A stretch of DNA of 64,000 nucleotides from Lophium mytilinum. Lineage: Eukaryota. Every line of letters starts with the position of its first letter. The first letter of the stretch is position 1. The stretch is taken from assembly GCA_010093605.1 (NCBI GenBank), contig MU004187.1, positions 558,001 to 622,000 of the forward strand. The letters run 5' to 3'. Under the pieces are notes generated by a model that saw only the letters and a list, made by a program, of their open reading frames with translations, had not been told where the DNA came from and ran no database searches. This document shows positions 35,537-47,842 of the stretch, piece by piece. The position numbers and the translations under genes are program-made.

Positions 35537-36727
35537 CTATAGCTTGCTCTTCACCTCATCAACAACAAGAGACTGGGCTTTCGCAAGGGTCTCAATCGCT
35601 TCACGCTCGATGCGCGAGATGAGGACTTGACATGTTGGGATATCGTGGATAAGACCGATGACTTGACCAGCAGTCCATACCTGTCAAGCAAGAAGGTCAG
35701 TTTCAGTTCAAGTCGCAGCCGACGGGCCATTAGAGAAGTACAGAGGGAAACTTACACCAAAGTCCTTATCACCATTTATAAACACCTGCCTACCCCGTTG
35801 TCCGCTGACAAACGGAGCCACCTCCTTAAACTCACCCGTCGTGCTCTCCTTCTCGATCTTAACCGCCTCAGACGTGACCTTGTTCTTGAACAAGCGCGAC
35901 GTATTCCGCCACCTCCGCAACACCAACTCGGTGTCAGTCTCCTGCGCGTCGACAATCGCTTGCTTGATATTGTTATGGATAGGCGCTTCGATCGTGCACA
36001 TGAAGCGCGTGCCCATGTTGATACCCTCCGCCCCCAAGCTAATAGCAGCCGCGAGGCCCTGACCGTCCGCAAACCCACCAGACGCAATGAACGGCACGCC
36101 TAGGGACTGGCGCGCGCGACTCAGGAGGATGAAGTTCGTGATATCGCTCTCGCCAACGTGACCGGCGCACTCAAAGCCGTCGATTGACAAGAAGTCGACG
36201 CCGAGCTTGACGGCCGACGCCGCGTGCCGGATGGAGGTGCACTTGTGGAGAATGATGGCGTTGGAGGCTTTCAGCTGCTTGATGACTGGGCCGGGGCTGT
36301 TGCCCGCTGTCTCGACGATGTTGATGCCCTCCTCGATTATCACGCGGGCGTATGCGGCGTAGTCCGGGGGCACGAGGGCGGGGAGGAGGGTGAGGTTAAC
36401 GCCGAAAGGGTTCTTGGTCATGGTCCGGCAGCGGCGGATCTCTTTGCGGAGGTCTTCGGGAGTGGGTTGGGTGAGGGCGGTCAACTGCAAGATTGTAAGT
36501 AGGGCTCTTGGTGGTTTGGATATGGACGGTGAGGTGTACTATTCCTAGTCCTCCGGCATTGCTCACGGCGCTGGCGAGTTCAGCATAGCCAACCCATTGC
36601 ATGCCACCCTGGACGATGGGGACTGTATGGACAGTTAGATGTTGTCTTCCTTGTGTACTGCGTTATGCTGCTTCAAACACATACCTTTGATCCCTAGCTT
36701 CCGCGTAAGCTCGGTATTGAAACGCAT
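35537..36727 (-). CDS. Nitronate monooxygenase / 2-nitropropane dioxygenase family, C-terminal PTS1 (-SKL)
   Basis: Exons 36727-36685, 36622-36540, 36484-35756 and 35680-35537. PIVQGGMQWVG, AVSNAGGLG, DGFECAGH, IASGGFADG, GINMGTRF, WTAGQVIGLIHDIP; ends KSKL. Confidence 0.93.
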
Positions 36728-37827
36728 CGTGAGGACTGTCTACAGCGTCTTCGGAGGGGTGTAGGAAGCCAGACAAAGGAATGAATGGGCGGGCCGGGAG
36801 TGACTGAAGTACAGGAGCTACGGGGCTAGCCTAGAGTGAATGATGGAGGGTTTATCAAGGGTGCTACATGGCGCGAAGTTTGGTGTGGGGGAAAGGTCTA
36901 CCGACCAGATGCCGAGGCCCAACTTGCGCCTCGCTCCTCTCGTGAAGGATGAGAGTTGGTTATTTCAGCTCGGCTGGTTGAGTAATCACTGTAGCATTTA
37001 CTCTGTCCAAGAGAGTCATCACATGGACCATTCCCACAGCCGAATGCGCTGTGGGAATGAAAGTGCATCAGAACAGACAGCCATTTGCATGCGAGTTCGG
37101 AAAACTCATGTGATAAGCATGGTTGTTAGTGCCAAGAATCCGGGGTAAAGACTACCTGAACGTCATGAAGGTGAATTTACCAAAACATCACTTCCATGCG
37201 ATCAGCGCTGAAGAGGCTCAAGGTCCTCATAGCTTTTGATTTTGCTATCCCCGGGGTTGTAAGTACGTCCCACAAGATCAGACCGGCAATATTCGGTAAT
37301 TATGTCTTGAAAGCGTTTCACTACAATATATCTCTTAAAACTAAATCGATTTGCAGTTAAGAGATCCAACCATATTGAACCGAGAACTGAGCATGAGGCA
37401 GGCCATCGATCAGCGGGCCCAGCAAGCTAGATAAGGCTACAGATGAGATCTAGGGGTAGCTAAGTGAAGCTAGTGAGGAGGATAGATCCTCCGCATGAAG
37501 GTTGCTAACATCCAGTGGATAAAAAAATAGTTTTGTTAGAGCTCTGGTGATACTAGAGGCAAGTGATTAATGTGTAGGGCTCGTCATATATTTGTCATGG
37601 TATGATAAAGCCAGCGTTGAGAACTTGAGTAGATTGTAACCATAGAATGCGACATATAAATGGATGAATGCTATGATTAACTGAGGAGAGAATGCTCGTC
37701 ATGTTGAGAGGAGATGACTACCTGCATTCCAAAACAAGGACCAATGAGCGCCTGACCCTCCACCCGCAACCCAGCCCGCTAAAAGTCAGTAAGAAGCAGT
37801 GCATACCCAGTGATTCTTGTTGTGATT

Positions 37828-39381
37828 TCAAGACCAGAACCAGCCTCCGGTCTTCTTCTCAGCCGCTTGCTTGGGTGGCTTTTCTTGCTGGTTAACTTTT
37901 TGTTGGGCGGCAGACTCAGCAGGCACTTCTAATCCCGAGCGGTTGCTGTGACCTTGAGTAGTGTGAACCGTTTCTGAAGTCTCTTCCCTTCCATCAGCGA
38001 ACCGTTTCTTTAGTACCATCTTTGTGATGACAGTCCCATCAGGTTGTGTCGTGCGCTCCGTTGTTGTCAAAGTGGACAGAACCGAGGGGCGCGAGGTAGC
38101 GGTATCATGGTTTTGATGCGAAGGCGTGAACGGTGTTGGGCCCACTATGCGCTCGTATGCATCCAGCTCAGTCTCGGGACCTTCATCGTCATCAGCTTCT
38201 GTAAAGCGAGCAAAGGTAGATGGCGATGTATCGGGACGGGGTGTGGGTGGATCATCATGCTGGTCCTCATGATCATGGCCGTACTCGTACGATTCGTGCT
38301 CATCAGTATCGCCTTCTTCAACTTCTGAAAGCCATCGACTCGGGGGGATGCGTCTGTCAAGATCTCGGGAAAAGACAGCTTCGCCAGTCGCTGGCCAAGA
38401 GAAGAATTGACGTCTGTACTTCTCCCTCATGTGGCAGCTCGATAAGGTCCGAGTGTGTAGCCGACTAGTCCAAATACCTCTCGCTGTCTGTTCAGTTTCT
38501 CCGAGCTCTTTTGGAGAAAGCAGTGGCTGCCCTGTCTCAGCACGCAAAAGGTCCTCGAAGGCTTCTCGCCACGCAATATCGGAATTCTCGATGGAAGACT
38601 CTAGTTGGAGGGGCGAATAGTCGTTCGACATTAGAAAAGGCACCATCTTCGCCGTGAATCCTAGTCCGTATCCGAGATCTGGGAAAGGGGCCGGTGCGTG
38701 GGAGTTCCTCCGTATCCCATCTTCCACAACAGCCCAGATATCCTCTCCAAGTGTGCCCAGTACGGGGTGTTGCGTAGCACTATTCGATGAGGCTATCGGG
38801 GCCTGCGCATCGCTTTGGGTATCTTCAGAAGCTCGAGGAGGATAGCTCCAGCTCCAGTGCCATGTGTGTGCGTTTGATGCTTCCTTGTCTTTGTCTCTTG
38901 TTCGTGTATGATCATTCCACCGAGGCCAGACCGTGTCTTCATCGTCTCGCAGCCTCTCTTCCTTTCTCCGACAGCTTCCGAACCTCGAACGCCAGTGAAT
39001 TCGACTGTGTGAGGAGTTTACGGATTCTTGGTCATGAGTCTTATCCCATTCTTCTCCATTCAACCATGCCGTCATTTCCCTGTCCAGCTTATCTATCTCA
39101 TCCTCTGAAGTATTAGCAGGCGTCCGCCTTTCGCCACTTTTTGTACCATCCGTGGTCCAGGTATATCCATTCCTCTGCTCCTGATCCTTGTGGGTGCGGG
39201 CACGATCCTCAGCATCTTCACTCCTCATAGTATGCGATTCCGGTACTCCCATGACTTTCATGGAAAGATTTAGGAGTCCAGAGACCTGCTGGTCGGCGAA
39301 GCGGCGGAAGGAGATAAACGGGTTGTCTTCGATGCGCTTGCGGTCAGAGTCGTCGTCGTTTGGGTTCCTGCTGGATGCCAT
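37828..39381 (-). CDS. Fungal hypothetical protein
   Basis: Long ORF, likely start MASSRNPNDDD at 39381. Conserved-looking blocks NPFISFRRFAD, YSPLQLE..WREAFEDLL, ETELDAYE, STLTTTERTTQPDGTV..LKKRFADGREE, C-terminal GGWFWS. Confidence 0.8.
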   Translation of the reverse strand: MASSRNPNDDDSDRKRIEDNPFISFRRFADQQVSGLLNLSMKVMGVPESHTMRSEDAEDRARTHKDQEQRNGYTWTTDGTKSGERRTPANTSEDEIDKLDREMTAWLNGEEWDKTHDQESVNSSHSRIHWRSRFGSCRRKEERLRDDEDTVWPRWNDHTRTRDKDKEASNAHTWHWSWSYPPRASEDTQSDAQAPIASSNSATQHPVLGTLGEDIWAVVEDGIRRNSHAPAPFPDLGYGLGFTAKMVPFLMSNDYSPLQLESSIENSDIAWREAFEDLLRAETGQPLLSPKELGETEQTARGIWTSRLHTRTLSSCHMREKYRRQFFSWPATGEAVFSRDLDRRIPPSRWLSEVEEGDTDEHESYEYGHDHEDQHDDPPTPRPDTSPSTFARFTEADDDEGPETELDAYERIVGPTPFTPSHQNHDTATSRPSVLSTLTTTERTTQPDGTVITKMVLKKRFADGREETSETVHTTQGHSNRSGLEVPAESAAQQKVNQQEKPPKQAAEKKTGGWFWS

Positions 39382-39794
39382 GATAGCTCTTCGAGAGTTG
39401 ACTGAGTTATGGGTGTTGATAGTGATGCTGTTTGTGTTGTTGGAGAGATGGAAGCTGTAGCTTGGGAAGTCTGGTGATGGCATTAATGGAGGAGGGGTCC
39501 GACACGTGAAGCGCGCGACAAGGGCGTTTCGGACAGGGGTACCTAGCTGGAGCACTCTCCACCATTCGATCATGGTCGTTACTTTATCGTCAAACGCGGT
39601 CCAAATCGTGGCTTGTTGAAGTCTACGTTATGCCACAACCCATATGGCTTGTTGGGTCACTTCGGACAACGCTAATGTTGATCCATCACGAAATAGTGAG
39701 AGCCGTAGAATGGTAATGTAACGAAGCCCTTCATAGCGAACATTGCACTAGTTGAAGAATCCAGGATACGACATCCAATCATATATGTACACAT

Positions 39795-41323
39795 CTATGG
39801 TTTCGCTGTTTCCGCAAACCCAATCTTCTCAAGATCTGCAGCAACGGCATCCGGCGTTGGTGCCTCTGACGAGCTCTCTTCTGGGACGTTCAGTACCTTG
39901 TAAGCAGCAGGGTTCTTCTTTGTCTCATTTTGCCCAGATTTAAACTGGTAACCACGAACCCTGTTACGCGTTAGTATCGTGGTGAAGTGTCTATATTGAC
40001 AGGAACTCTTACCTGGGACCCTGACCGGACTTCTCTGGCAACTCAGGTTCATAGAACGCCTCAAATGCTAATTTATCCTGATCGAACGTGCCGCGTGCTA
40101 TGCTCTCGCGTATGCCAGCAAAGAATGAGTCCATAATGGCGTGATTGTGGATTTGAATCAAGACCCAACCGAGCATTTCCTTGGCTGAAAGCAGATGCTG
40201 GACGTAGGCGCGGTGGTGTTTTGTGCAGGCATAGCAGCTGCAATTGATCGAAAGAGGGGTAACTGAGAGGGCGTGCTCAGACTGCCACATATCGACTCCT
40301 AAGGTATCCTTTCCGCCAGCGTCCTCTCCGCCAGATACCTCTGATTTGGGAGGTGGAAACGTGAAGTCAAGAGAGATGCCGGCATCAGTCGCTTCGGTAA
40401 TGAACGGAATAGTAAAGATATCCATGCCCAACGATATCTGGTATAGCACGGCTCCCGGACTCGACGGTGCGTCAAAAGATAAACGTGGGAGATCTTTAAC
40501 TTGCGCTGGGAGATCGGCAAGGAAATGCGCATCATAAATTGCGAGGCCAGATATATCATCCAGCATATCGTCGATTAGATGGTCGAGGTACCACGTCTGC
40601 AGCTCCTTTGTTAAAGGCAGTATGGGCGCGAAGATCTGATAGGAAGCTCGCGGAGCCTTTACCGTCTTATCTAAGCCATGCGTTTGGGACACGAGCTCCT
40701 TCGTCCATTCCTCTGTTCTATCACTCATTTTGTCAATCCTTTTGAGACCGGGCTGTGGCTGCCCATATGGTATGTCTGCCAACCCTACGACTATATCTGG
40801 TCGAATCTTTTGGGAAGCCGCGGCATAGTCTTCTGCACTAATCTGTCTAAAGCCTACGGAGGTATATATGCTGAGTGCGCTGTTGGTATTTGCAGTCGGG
40901 CATGGTATACAGGGTATGCGGCGCGCGCCTACGACTAGCAGTGTGTCTTTGGGAAGAGCGATAAAGTCTCGCAGTGATGAGCTGTTTTCGGGGGACTCTA
41001 ACTGATATAATGGAGGTGTTTGGCGAGGAAGCTTCTCTACAACTCGTGTAAGTCAGCTACTATGAATTATGTAAAGTAAAATCATGGTCCTCACAGTCCT
41101 CGAGTGCGACGTAAACGCCACCAATGCTGGTGTTTTTCCGGAAGTTATCTTGTGAAATATGTGATACTGCACCCCGTGAGGTGTTTCCAAGGTAGTGAGG
41201 GGTCTCGAGGGTTATCCGACCAGGCAGTGCAAGGCTGCCGAGTCGAGGCCCAAAAGACGCGCTGGTTTTGAGGATAGTGAAGGCGCGCATTTCAGGAGGA
41301 AGATCTGAGAGTGTTGTGGACAT
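39795..41323 (-). CDS. QTRT2: Queuine tRNA-ribosyltransferase accessory subunit (QTRT2/QTRTD1)
   Basis: Exons 41323-41095, 41042-40013 and 39960-39795. PRLGSL..ETPHYLGNTSRGAVSH, Zn site CSCYACTKHHRAYVQHLL, LIQIHNH, GQGPRVRGYQFKS. Confidence 0.9.
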
Positions 41324-41631
41324 TGCGAAGGTTGATATCGCTAGCTCATTAGTGTAAAGATGGGTCGTGGAAGGATATTGCTGGCGTAGGAGAGCGTTTC
41401 GTGGAGACCTGTAAGGTCTGTGTTCGGGGAAGTGCGGGAGTGTCAGTGCATGAAACACCATGCCAAGCATCACCACTCTCTGAAATCAAGCCCCCCACCT
41501 TGTATAGCAATTAATGGATTAATATCATTCTAAGTTTTAGCGGAATTAAATAGAAAACATCGCATGTTGAGGCTAAATGCAACCAATGGCAAAAACCTTT
41601 CAGACCCAGTGTACTCATTCTTCTTTGAAAC

Positions 41632-42585
41632 TTAGTCCGGGACTAATACTACTTGTATCTCGTTCTTAGCATGGCTATCCTTATCACACCACATCGCCGC
41701 GTTGACGAGTATGCTCGGCCGAGAACTAGAGTGCCAAACGCGATCCATGACCACCCTCTTCACCCCGAACAGCAATACAGAAACGAAGTCTTGCCACGCT
41801 ATCCAAGAAAGCAATTCACTAAATCCCACCATCCGCCTACTACAAGCCCGCTCATACGCAGCCTGACCTCGATCCCAGTCCAAAACACTCGTGCCGCGAC
41901 TCGCATGTACGTGGCCACACACATGTAGCAATGGTTTTACCCGCCAAATCGCCTTCGACAATCCAGCACACCCACTCGCAGAGAACGACCCACTTGATAC
42001 ATCCCGGTGATAGCGCGGAGGAGTATGCGTAACCAGAATGTCAGTGTCCGTTGGAATCTCTGTAGTCCAAGATTCCAGATGCCGGGCGTACTGAAATGCA
42101 AAGCTACTTCCACCACAGAGAGGTACCCAAGGCGAGCCGTAGACCTTTAGTTGTCTTTCTTGGTCTGGAAAGGCCAGGGTAGTGGAAGTGCTTTGCAGAT
42201 ACGTGACGCCTTGCCAATTAATCTCGCCTTCGCGATCTTCTGGGGCAAGCGTAGGTCTAGATGAGGGATCGAGAAAGGTGTCGTGGTTTCCCGCGATGAC
42301 AATCTTGTGTGTATGGGGAAGCGCTGAAAGCCAGTTGATTTGTGCTTGTAGTTCCTTCAGAGTGCCCGTATTTGTGAGATCTCCAGCATGGATGAGGAGA
42401 TCGCCTTCTGGGACTTCCGGGGTGCCATTATGGGTATCGGAGACACAAACCACACGTATTGGAGAAATTGGTGGTTTTGGGCGCAGCCGAATGGATGAAA
42501 GGAAACGGTAGATATGCTGGGTAGTGAACTTTAACGGTGACCAGAGGAACTGTTGAAAGGCTGTTGGCTTCTGAAATAGAGACAT
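41632..42585 (-). CDS. Calcineurin-like metallophosphoesterase (MPPED/239FB-like)
   Basis: Motifs SDTH, HAGD, IAGNHD, VTHTPP, VCGHVH. Confidence 0.92.
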   Translation of the reverse strand: MSLFQKPTAFQQFLWSPLKFTTQHIYRFLSSIRLRPKPPISPIRVVCVSDTHNGTPEVPEGDLLIHAGDLTNTGTLKELQAQINWLSALPHTHKIVIAGNHDTFLDPSSRPTLAPEDREGEINWQGVTYLQSTSTTLAFPDQERQLKVYGSPWVPLCGGSSFAFQYARHLESWTTEIPTDTDILVTHTPPRYHRDVSSGSFSASGCAGLSKAIWRVKPLLHVCGHVHASRGTSVLDWDRGQAAYERACSRRMVGFSELLSWIAWQDFVSVLLFGVKRVVMDRVWHSSSRPSILVNAAMWCDKDSHAKNEIQVVLVPD

Positions 42586-43051
42586 GACGGCAGTGTTAGC
42601 GAGGTTCGAAGAAGCATCTTAGGCGCATAAATACTTTACTTATCATTTTGAGGAATGCTGGTGCCTGACAACGAATTGGAAACAGCTTTGATGCATATAG
42701 AGCTTAGTAAGCATGTTTGAACGCTTTACATAAAGCAAATTTGAGTACTATATGCAGCAAGATAACGACAAAGAGTTTCCCAGTGCAGAAGTTATCCAAA
42801 CTCAAGTATCAATCGACCTTAGCTAAGACCCAAATGTCGACGAGGCTGCGGATGCCAAATCTACAGCGTAGCTAAAGGCGCAACCTTAGCAAGCGTAAAA
42901 GTAACGGACAGCCCGATAGACCTAATGAAAGGGCTTTTTTTAGGCACTTAAAAATCATTCATACGAGTCTGACAAGAGAATAGAGTTGGTTCGGTGTCAA
43001 TTTCGTCGTGCGCACTGCTGTCGGAATGTGATACTGATTTCTGGTTTTGAT

Positions 43052-44241
43052 CTATGGTAATACAATGTATTTCTCGAGGTGCTTCGGTATCGATCCAATG
43101 AGCTTCTTCTCTTCCAGCCATTTCCTGGAGAAGAGTCTCTCCGCATAACGATAAGCGCCGTCGCAGAGCAAGGTCACTACAGTATGGCCAGGACCAAGCT
43201 TCTCCGCAACTTCTTTTGCAGCCACCACGTTCAGACACGAGCTTGCCCCTAGGTAAAGACCCTCCTCATCCAAGCACCTGTAGACCATTTCGATAGTTTT
43301 CTCGTCTGCAATATGCAAAGAGCCGTCCAAGAGGTCAATATCGGGCTTGAGGTTGTCTGTAACACGGCCTTGGCCGATGCCTTCCGTGATCGAAGATCCT
43401 GTTCTGTCAACTAGTTTGCCTCCGCTGGAGATGTATGAGTGCAGGACCGAGCCTGGAGGGTCTGCCAAGAAGGACTTGACTCTGCCATCCGACTTTTCTT
43501 TCAGGTAGCGAGTGACGCCTGCAAGTGAGCCTCCAGTCCCAGTGGCACAAGTAAAAGCGTCAATCTTGCCTCCTGTTTGGTACCATATTTCGGGACCCGT
43601 GGTCTCAATATGCGCCTGGCGATTTGCGATGTTATCGAACTGGTTTGTCCACACTGCGTTGTCCATACTCTCGGCATGTCTCTTCGCTTGGTGATTGTAG
43701 TTCTGAGGATTCTCGAAAGCAACAGCCGGGACTGGGTACACTTCTGCGCCTAGAAGCCTGAGGAGATCAATCTTCCCCTGCGACTGAGTGTTCGGCATGT
43801 AGATGACTAGCTTGTAACCTTTGGACCGGCACACATGGGCAAGGCCAATTCCAGTGTTTCCCGCCGTGCCTTCCACCACGGTGCCGCCAGGTTTCAGCAG
43901 TCCTTTATCTTCGGCCTCTTCAACGACGTATAGGGCGGCCCGGTCTTTCACGGATCCTCCGGGGTTCTGGAACTCTGCTTTGCCTAGAACTTCGCAACCG
44001 GTCTCTTCTGACAGCTTCTTGAGCTTGATCATGGGTGTCTTGCCAATTGCTACAGATTGCGTCAGCCGATTGCGCTCTGGAAGTGTTGGTATAGTCAATG
44101 GCTACCATCGACGAGTCCGCGGTTTGCAATTCCCTGCACTTTGGAGATCTCAATGCCATGCTGGTTGTGGCGCGCTCTTGAGAAACTCTCAGAGGCCCGC
44201 CATGCCGTAGCCGCAAGCCGGCGAACTACTGTCCTATTCAT
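43052..44241 (-). CDS. cysB: Cysteine synthase (O-acetylserine sulfhydrylase) with mitochondrial-type presequence
   Basis: Exons 44241-44106 and 44049-43052. [20 protein letters not shown] (PLP lysine), [20 protein letters not shown]. Confidence 0.95.
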
Positions 44242-44442
44242 CGCTGTGAGAGAGACCAAGACAGAAAGCTGTAGCAGGCGGTACCAAGTTTTCTTTGCTC
44301 GATGGCGCCATTGCGGGCTGAGCGGGGATGGAGAAAAGTAAGGCCGATGTTTATCCCTTGGCAAACAGTGCGGAAGTAGAAGCGGCAAGCAACTCTGTCA
44401 CGCACTCAACACCACGACAAACCCGCGAGCAAGCACGCCGAA

Positions 44443-47400
44443 ATGCCTGGACGAGTATCAGGCCGCTCTGGTAGAGCATCTACCGCCGCGCCCTCCCGCA
44501 AATCTTCGACTCAAACCCTCAAATCGCGCGCTTCTGCGTCGGCTCGCTCCTCCGCGCTGCCAGTAGAGATACCAGATGAGGGAGCCGCGTCTTCGTTAAG
44601 GACCCAAATATGTGGCATATTTGCAGAAGCACAGCGAAACACGGCGACTCAGCGAAAGCTGATCATCAATCTGAGGAAAATCCAGGAAGCGTGCTGCTAT
44701 GAACCCACGAACCCGAAGAAGAATCAGAAGCAAGAGGATTTCGAGGAGTCGGATTTCAATGAGGAGCTAGGGAGGTGCGCGATCCGAGTGCTCGCCGTTA
44801 AGAAGAGCGAACCTGTGGGCGATAGGATTGTACGGTTCCTGGGCTTGTTTCTGAAGCACGCAAGCGAAAAGGGTACGCAAGAGCAAAGCGCAGGATTAAT
44901 AAGAGGATTATATTGCTGACACTACTCAGATAACGCTTTAGTGGAACCTGAGGATGTAGACACGACAGAAGCACTCCCAGAGACCCCGGCCAGCCGTCTT
45001 ACCTCTCACATATTGTCCATCCTTTTGCCATTGTTGACAGTCAAGGACAAGACTGTTCGCTTCCGCGCCACTCAAATAATTGCACACATAGTCAATACCT
45101 TGGATTCGATTGACGATGAGCTATTCCAGTTGGTCCGGATTGGGCTGCTGAAGCGCCTTCGAGACAAGGAAGCGAACATACGCGTTCAAGCAGTGATTGG
45201 TCTCGGTCGTCTCGCGGATGGAGGCGACGCAGATGATGAAGACGAGGACAGTGACGACGAAGTTGCCGGAGGAATCCTTGAGAAACTTCTCGATGTACTT
45301 CAGAACGACCCCAGCGCAGAAGTACGAAGGTCTTTACTACTCAACCTACCCTTTACTCCGGGCACTCTTCCATACCTCCTAGAGCGGGCCAGGGACCTAG
45401 ATGCAGCAACCCGAAGAGCACTCTACTCACGGTTGCTGCCCGCTCTTGGTGACTTCCGTCATCTATCACTCACGCATCGAGAAAAACTCCTTCGATGGGG
45501 ACTACGCGACCGTGACGAAAACGTGCGTAAAGCAACCGCCAGGCTTTTCCGAGAACGCTGGATCGAAGACTGTGCCATCTCCCACAAACCAGCTGAAGAC
45601 GAAGCTCCTCCTCCTGGACAAGTCTCGGCTCCACGCTTTGACGCTCTTCTAGAACTGCTAGAGCGTATCGACGTTGTCAATTCTGGTGTGGAGGGCGGCA
45701 TTGCTTTCGAAGCCATGAAGGAATTCTGGGACGGTAGACCCGACTATGTCGATTTCATCACCTTCGATGATGACTTCTGGAACGATTTGACTCCCGAGAG
45801 TGCGTTCGTTGCCAGGACCTTTAACGACTATTGTCGCGAAGCAGAAGGAAACAAGCTTCAAGACATGGTTGAGGACAAAATGCCAGTAGTAACGGCATTT
45901 GCCTTTTTCGTTCAGAAGCATCTCAACGTTCTCATTGACGACGTTCGCAAGGTGGCGCTCCAAGACCAAGACGACGCAGAGGCTGAAGAGGACACTGTCC
46001 AGCAGGAGTTCTGTGTAGAACAGCTATTACATATTGCCTTGACCCTCGACTACACCGACGAGGTTGGTCGTCGCCAGATGTTCTCAATCATGCGAGGAGC
46101 TCTGGCTCTTGCAGAACTTCCAGAGGAATGCACAAAGCTGGTCATCGAGGTTCTACGAACAGTCTGTGGGGGCAACGCAGCTGGTGAGCGTGAATTCTGT
46201 GACATCGTTCTTGAAGCCGTCGCCGAGGTCCACGACACCATCTTGGGCGAGGATCCAACGCAGGAAGACGCGGAGGAGAGTTTCCATTCCGCAAGGTCCG
46301 AGCTGAGTGACGAGCTCACACCAACGAAGGCGAAGAAGAACCAGAAGGGTGGCGAAGATGAAGACAGCTCTGAGGTCGACGAAGAAAAGGCCATCCGGGA
46401 GATTATGGTCAACATGAAATGTCTACACATCGCTCAGTGCATGTTGCAGAACGTTAAGTGCGACTTAGAAGAAAACAATATTCTGGTAACGATGTTGAAT
46501 AACCTAGTTGTTCCGGCAGTGCGAAGTAACGAGGCGCCGATTCGAGAACGGGGATTGCTATGCTTAGGTCTTTGCTGTCTCCTTAGCAAGGTATGTATTG
46601 GTAACGGGTACGTCCATTTCAATGAGATATTGTGCTAAAACTATTGTTCAGAACCTGGCATCTGAGAACATGACCTTGTTTCTTCATTGCTTCACGAAAG
46701 GGCATGACACGTTGCAAATTATCGCGGTTCAAATTCTTACCGACACTCTGATCACACATCCGTCTCTCCTCGCCCCTCCTCCGGCAACCCAGGACGCCTC
46801 AACCGATGAACCATCCCCAATCAATCCTCTACTCAAACCCCTCACTAAAACATTCCTTCGGGCTCTTGCTTCACCTTCACCCTCGTTGCCTCTCACAGCC
46901 TGCCTCGCAGTCGCCAAGCTCCTACTTTTGGGCTTGCTTCCACCTGCTTCTTCGACCGAGATACTAAAGGCCCTTACCATTGCCTATTTTAATCCTGAGA
47001 CAGCAGAAAATCCAGCTCTCCGTCAGGCTCTTACCTACTTCCTCCCCGTTTTCTGTCACTCGAGGCTGTCCAACGCGGCCCTGATGTCGCAAATAGCCGT
47101 CAGCGTCATCGGAAAATTGGTGGTCATGCGAGATGAAGCAGAAGAGGAGGAGGAAGAAATGGTCGGTTGGACCGTTGTAGCTGGAATGATTGCAGAGTGG
47201 ACTGATGGCCGGAAAGTCGTTGGTGGAGAATTGTGTATCAAAGATCCTGGAGAGCGAAAAGACGGCGCCGAGGAACCGCATGTGATACTCGCAACGGAGG
47301 TTCTGGAGAGGGCGCTTGGAGCTGGCTGTAACAGTGAGTATACTCTATTATGGACATCTCATAATTCCATTATAGCGCGTACTAATACCGCCTGTGTAGA

Positions 47401-47842
47401 AGATGAACGTAAACCTCTCCTCACTTTGCTCTCGAAGCTTCATATTCCATCCACCAATTCGCCCGACTCCAAATACCAAGCTGTTAGCCAAGAAGCGTTC
47501 CAAACACTGCACAGCCTCGTGGCGGAAGCCGTGGAGACAAAGCTTGCCCTTGACGCCACATCACGAAATGCCCTAGCAAAGCTTGACGCCGCCTTGTTAA
47601 AACGAATAGGAGAGAGCGATAAAGTCGTAGCTTCAACGGAGGCGGAAGTTGAGCCAACAGAAATAGTGAATGAAGATGAAGAGACTATGATGTTAGGGGA
47701 GGCGCAGGCGGAAGGAACGGTTATGCCGCTGGGTGGTAGTGAGGAGGACGATGACGACTTGACAATGAGACAAGGGATTACGAGGGAAGCAACAGGAGTC
47801 GACGATAGCGTCGTGGATAGACTGTTGGACAGTGAGCTTTGA
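44443..47842 (+). CDS. YCG1: Condensin subunit CAP-G (Ycg1/Cnd3)
   Basis: Introns 44873-44929, 46591-46651 and 47334-47399. HEAT repeats, KDKTVRFR, QNDPSAEVRR, LLRWGLRDRD, DYTDEVGRRQM, LRQALTYFLPVFC. Confidence 0.93.
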
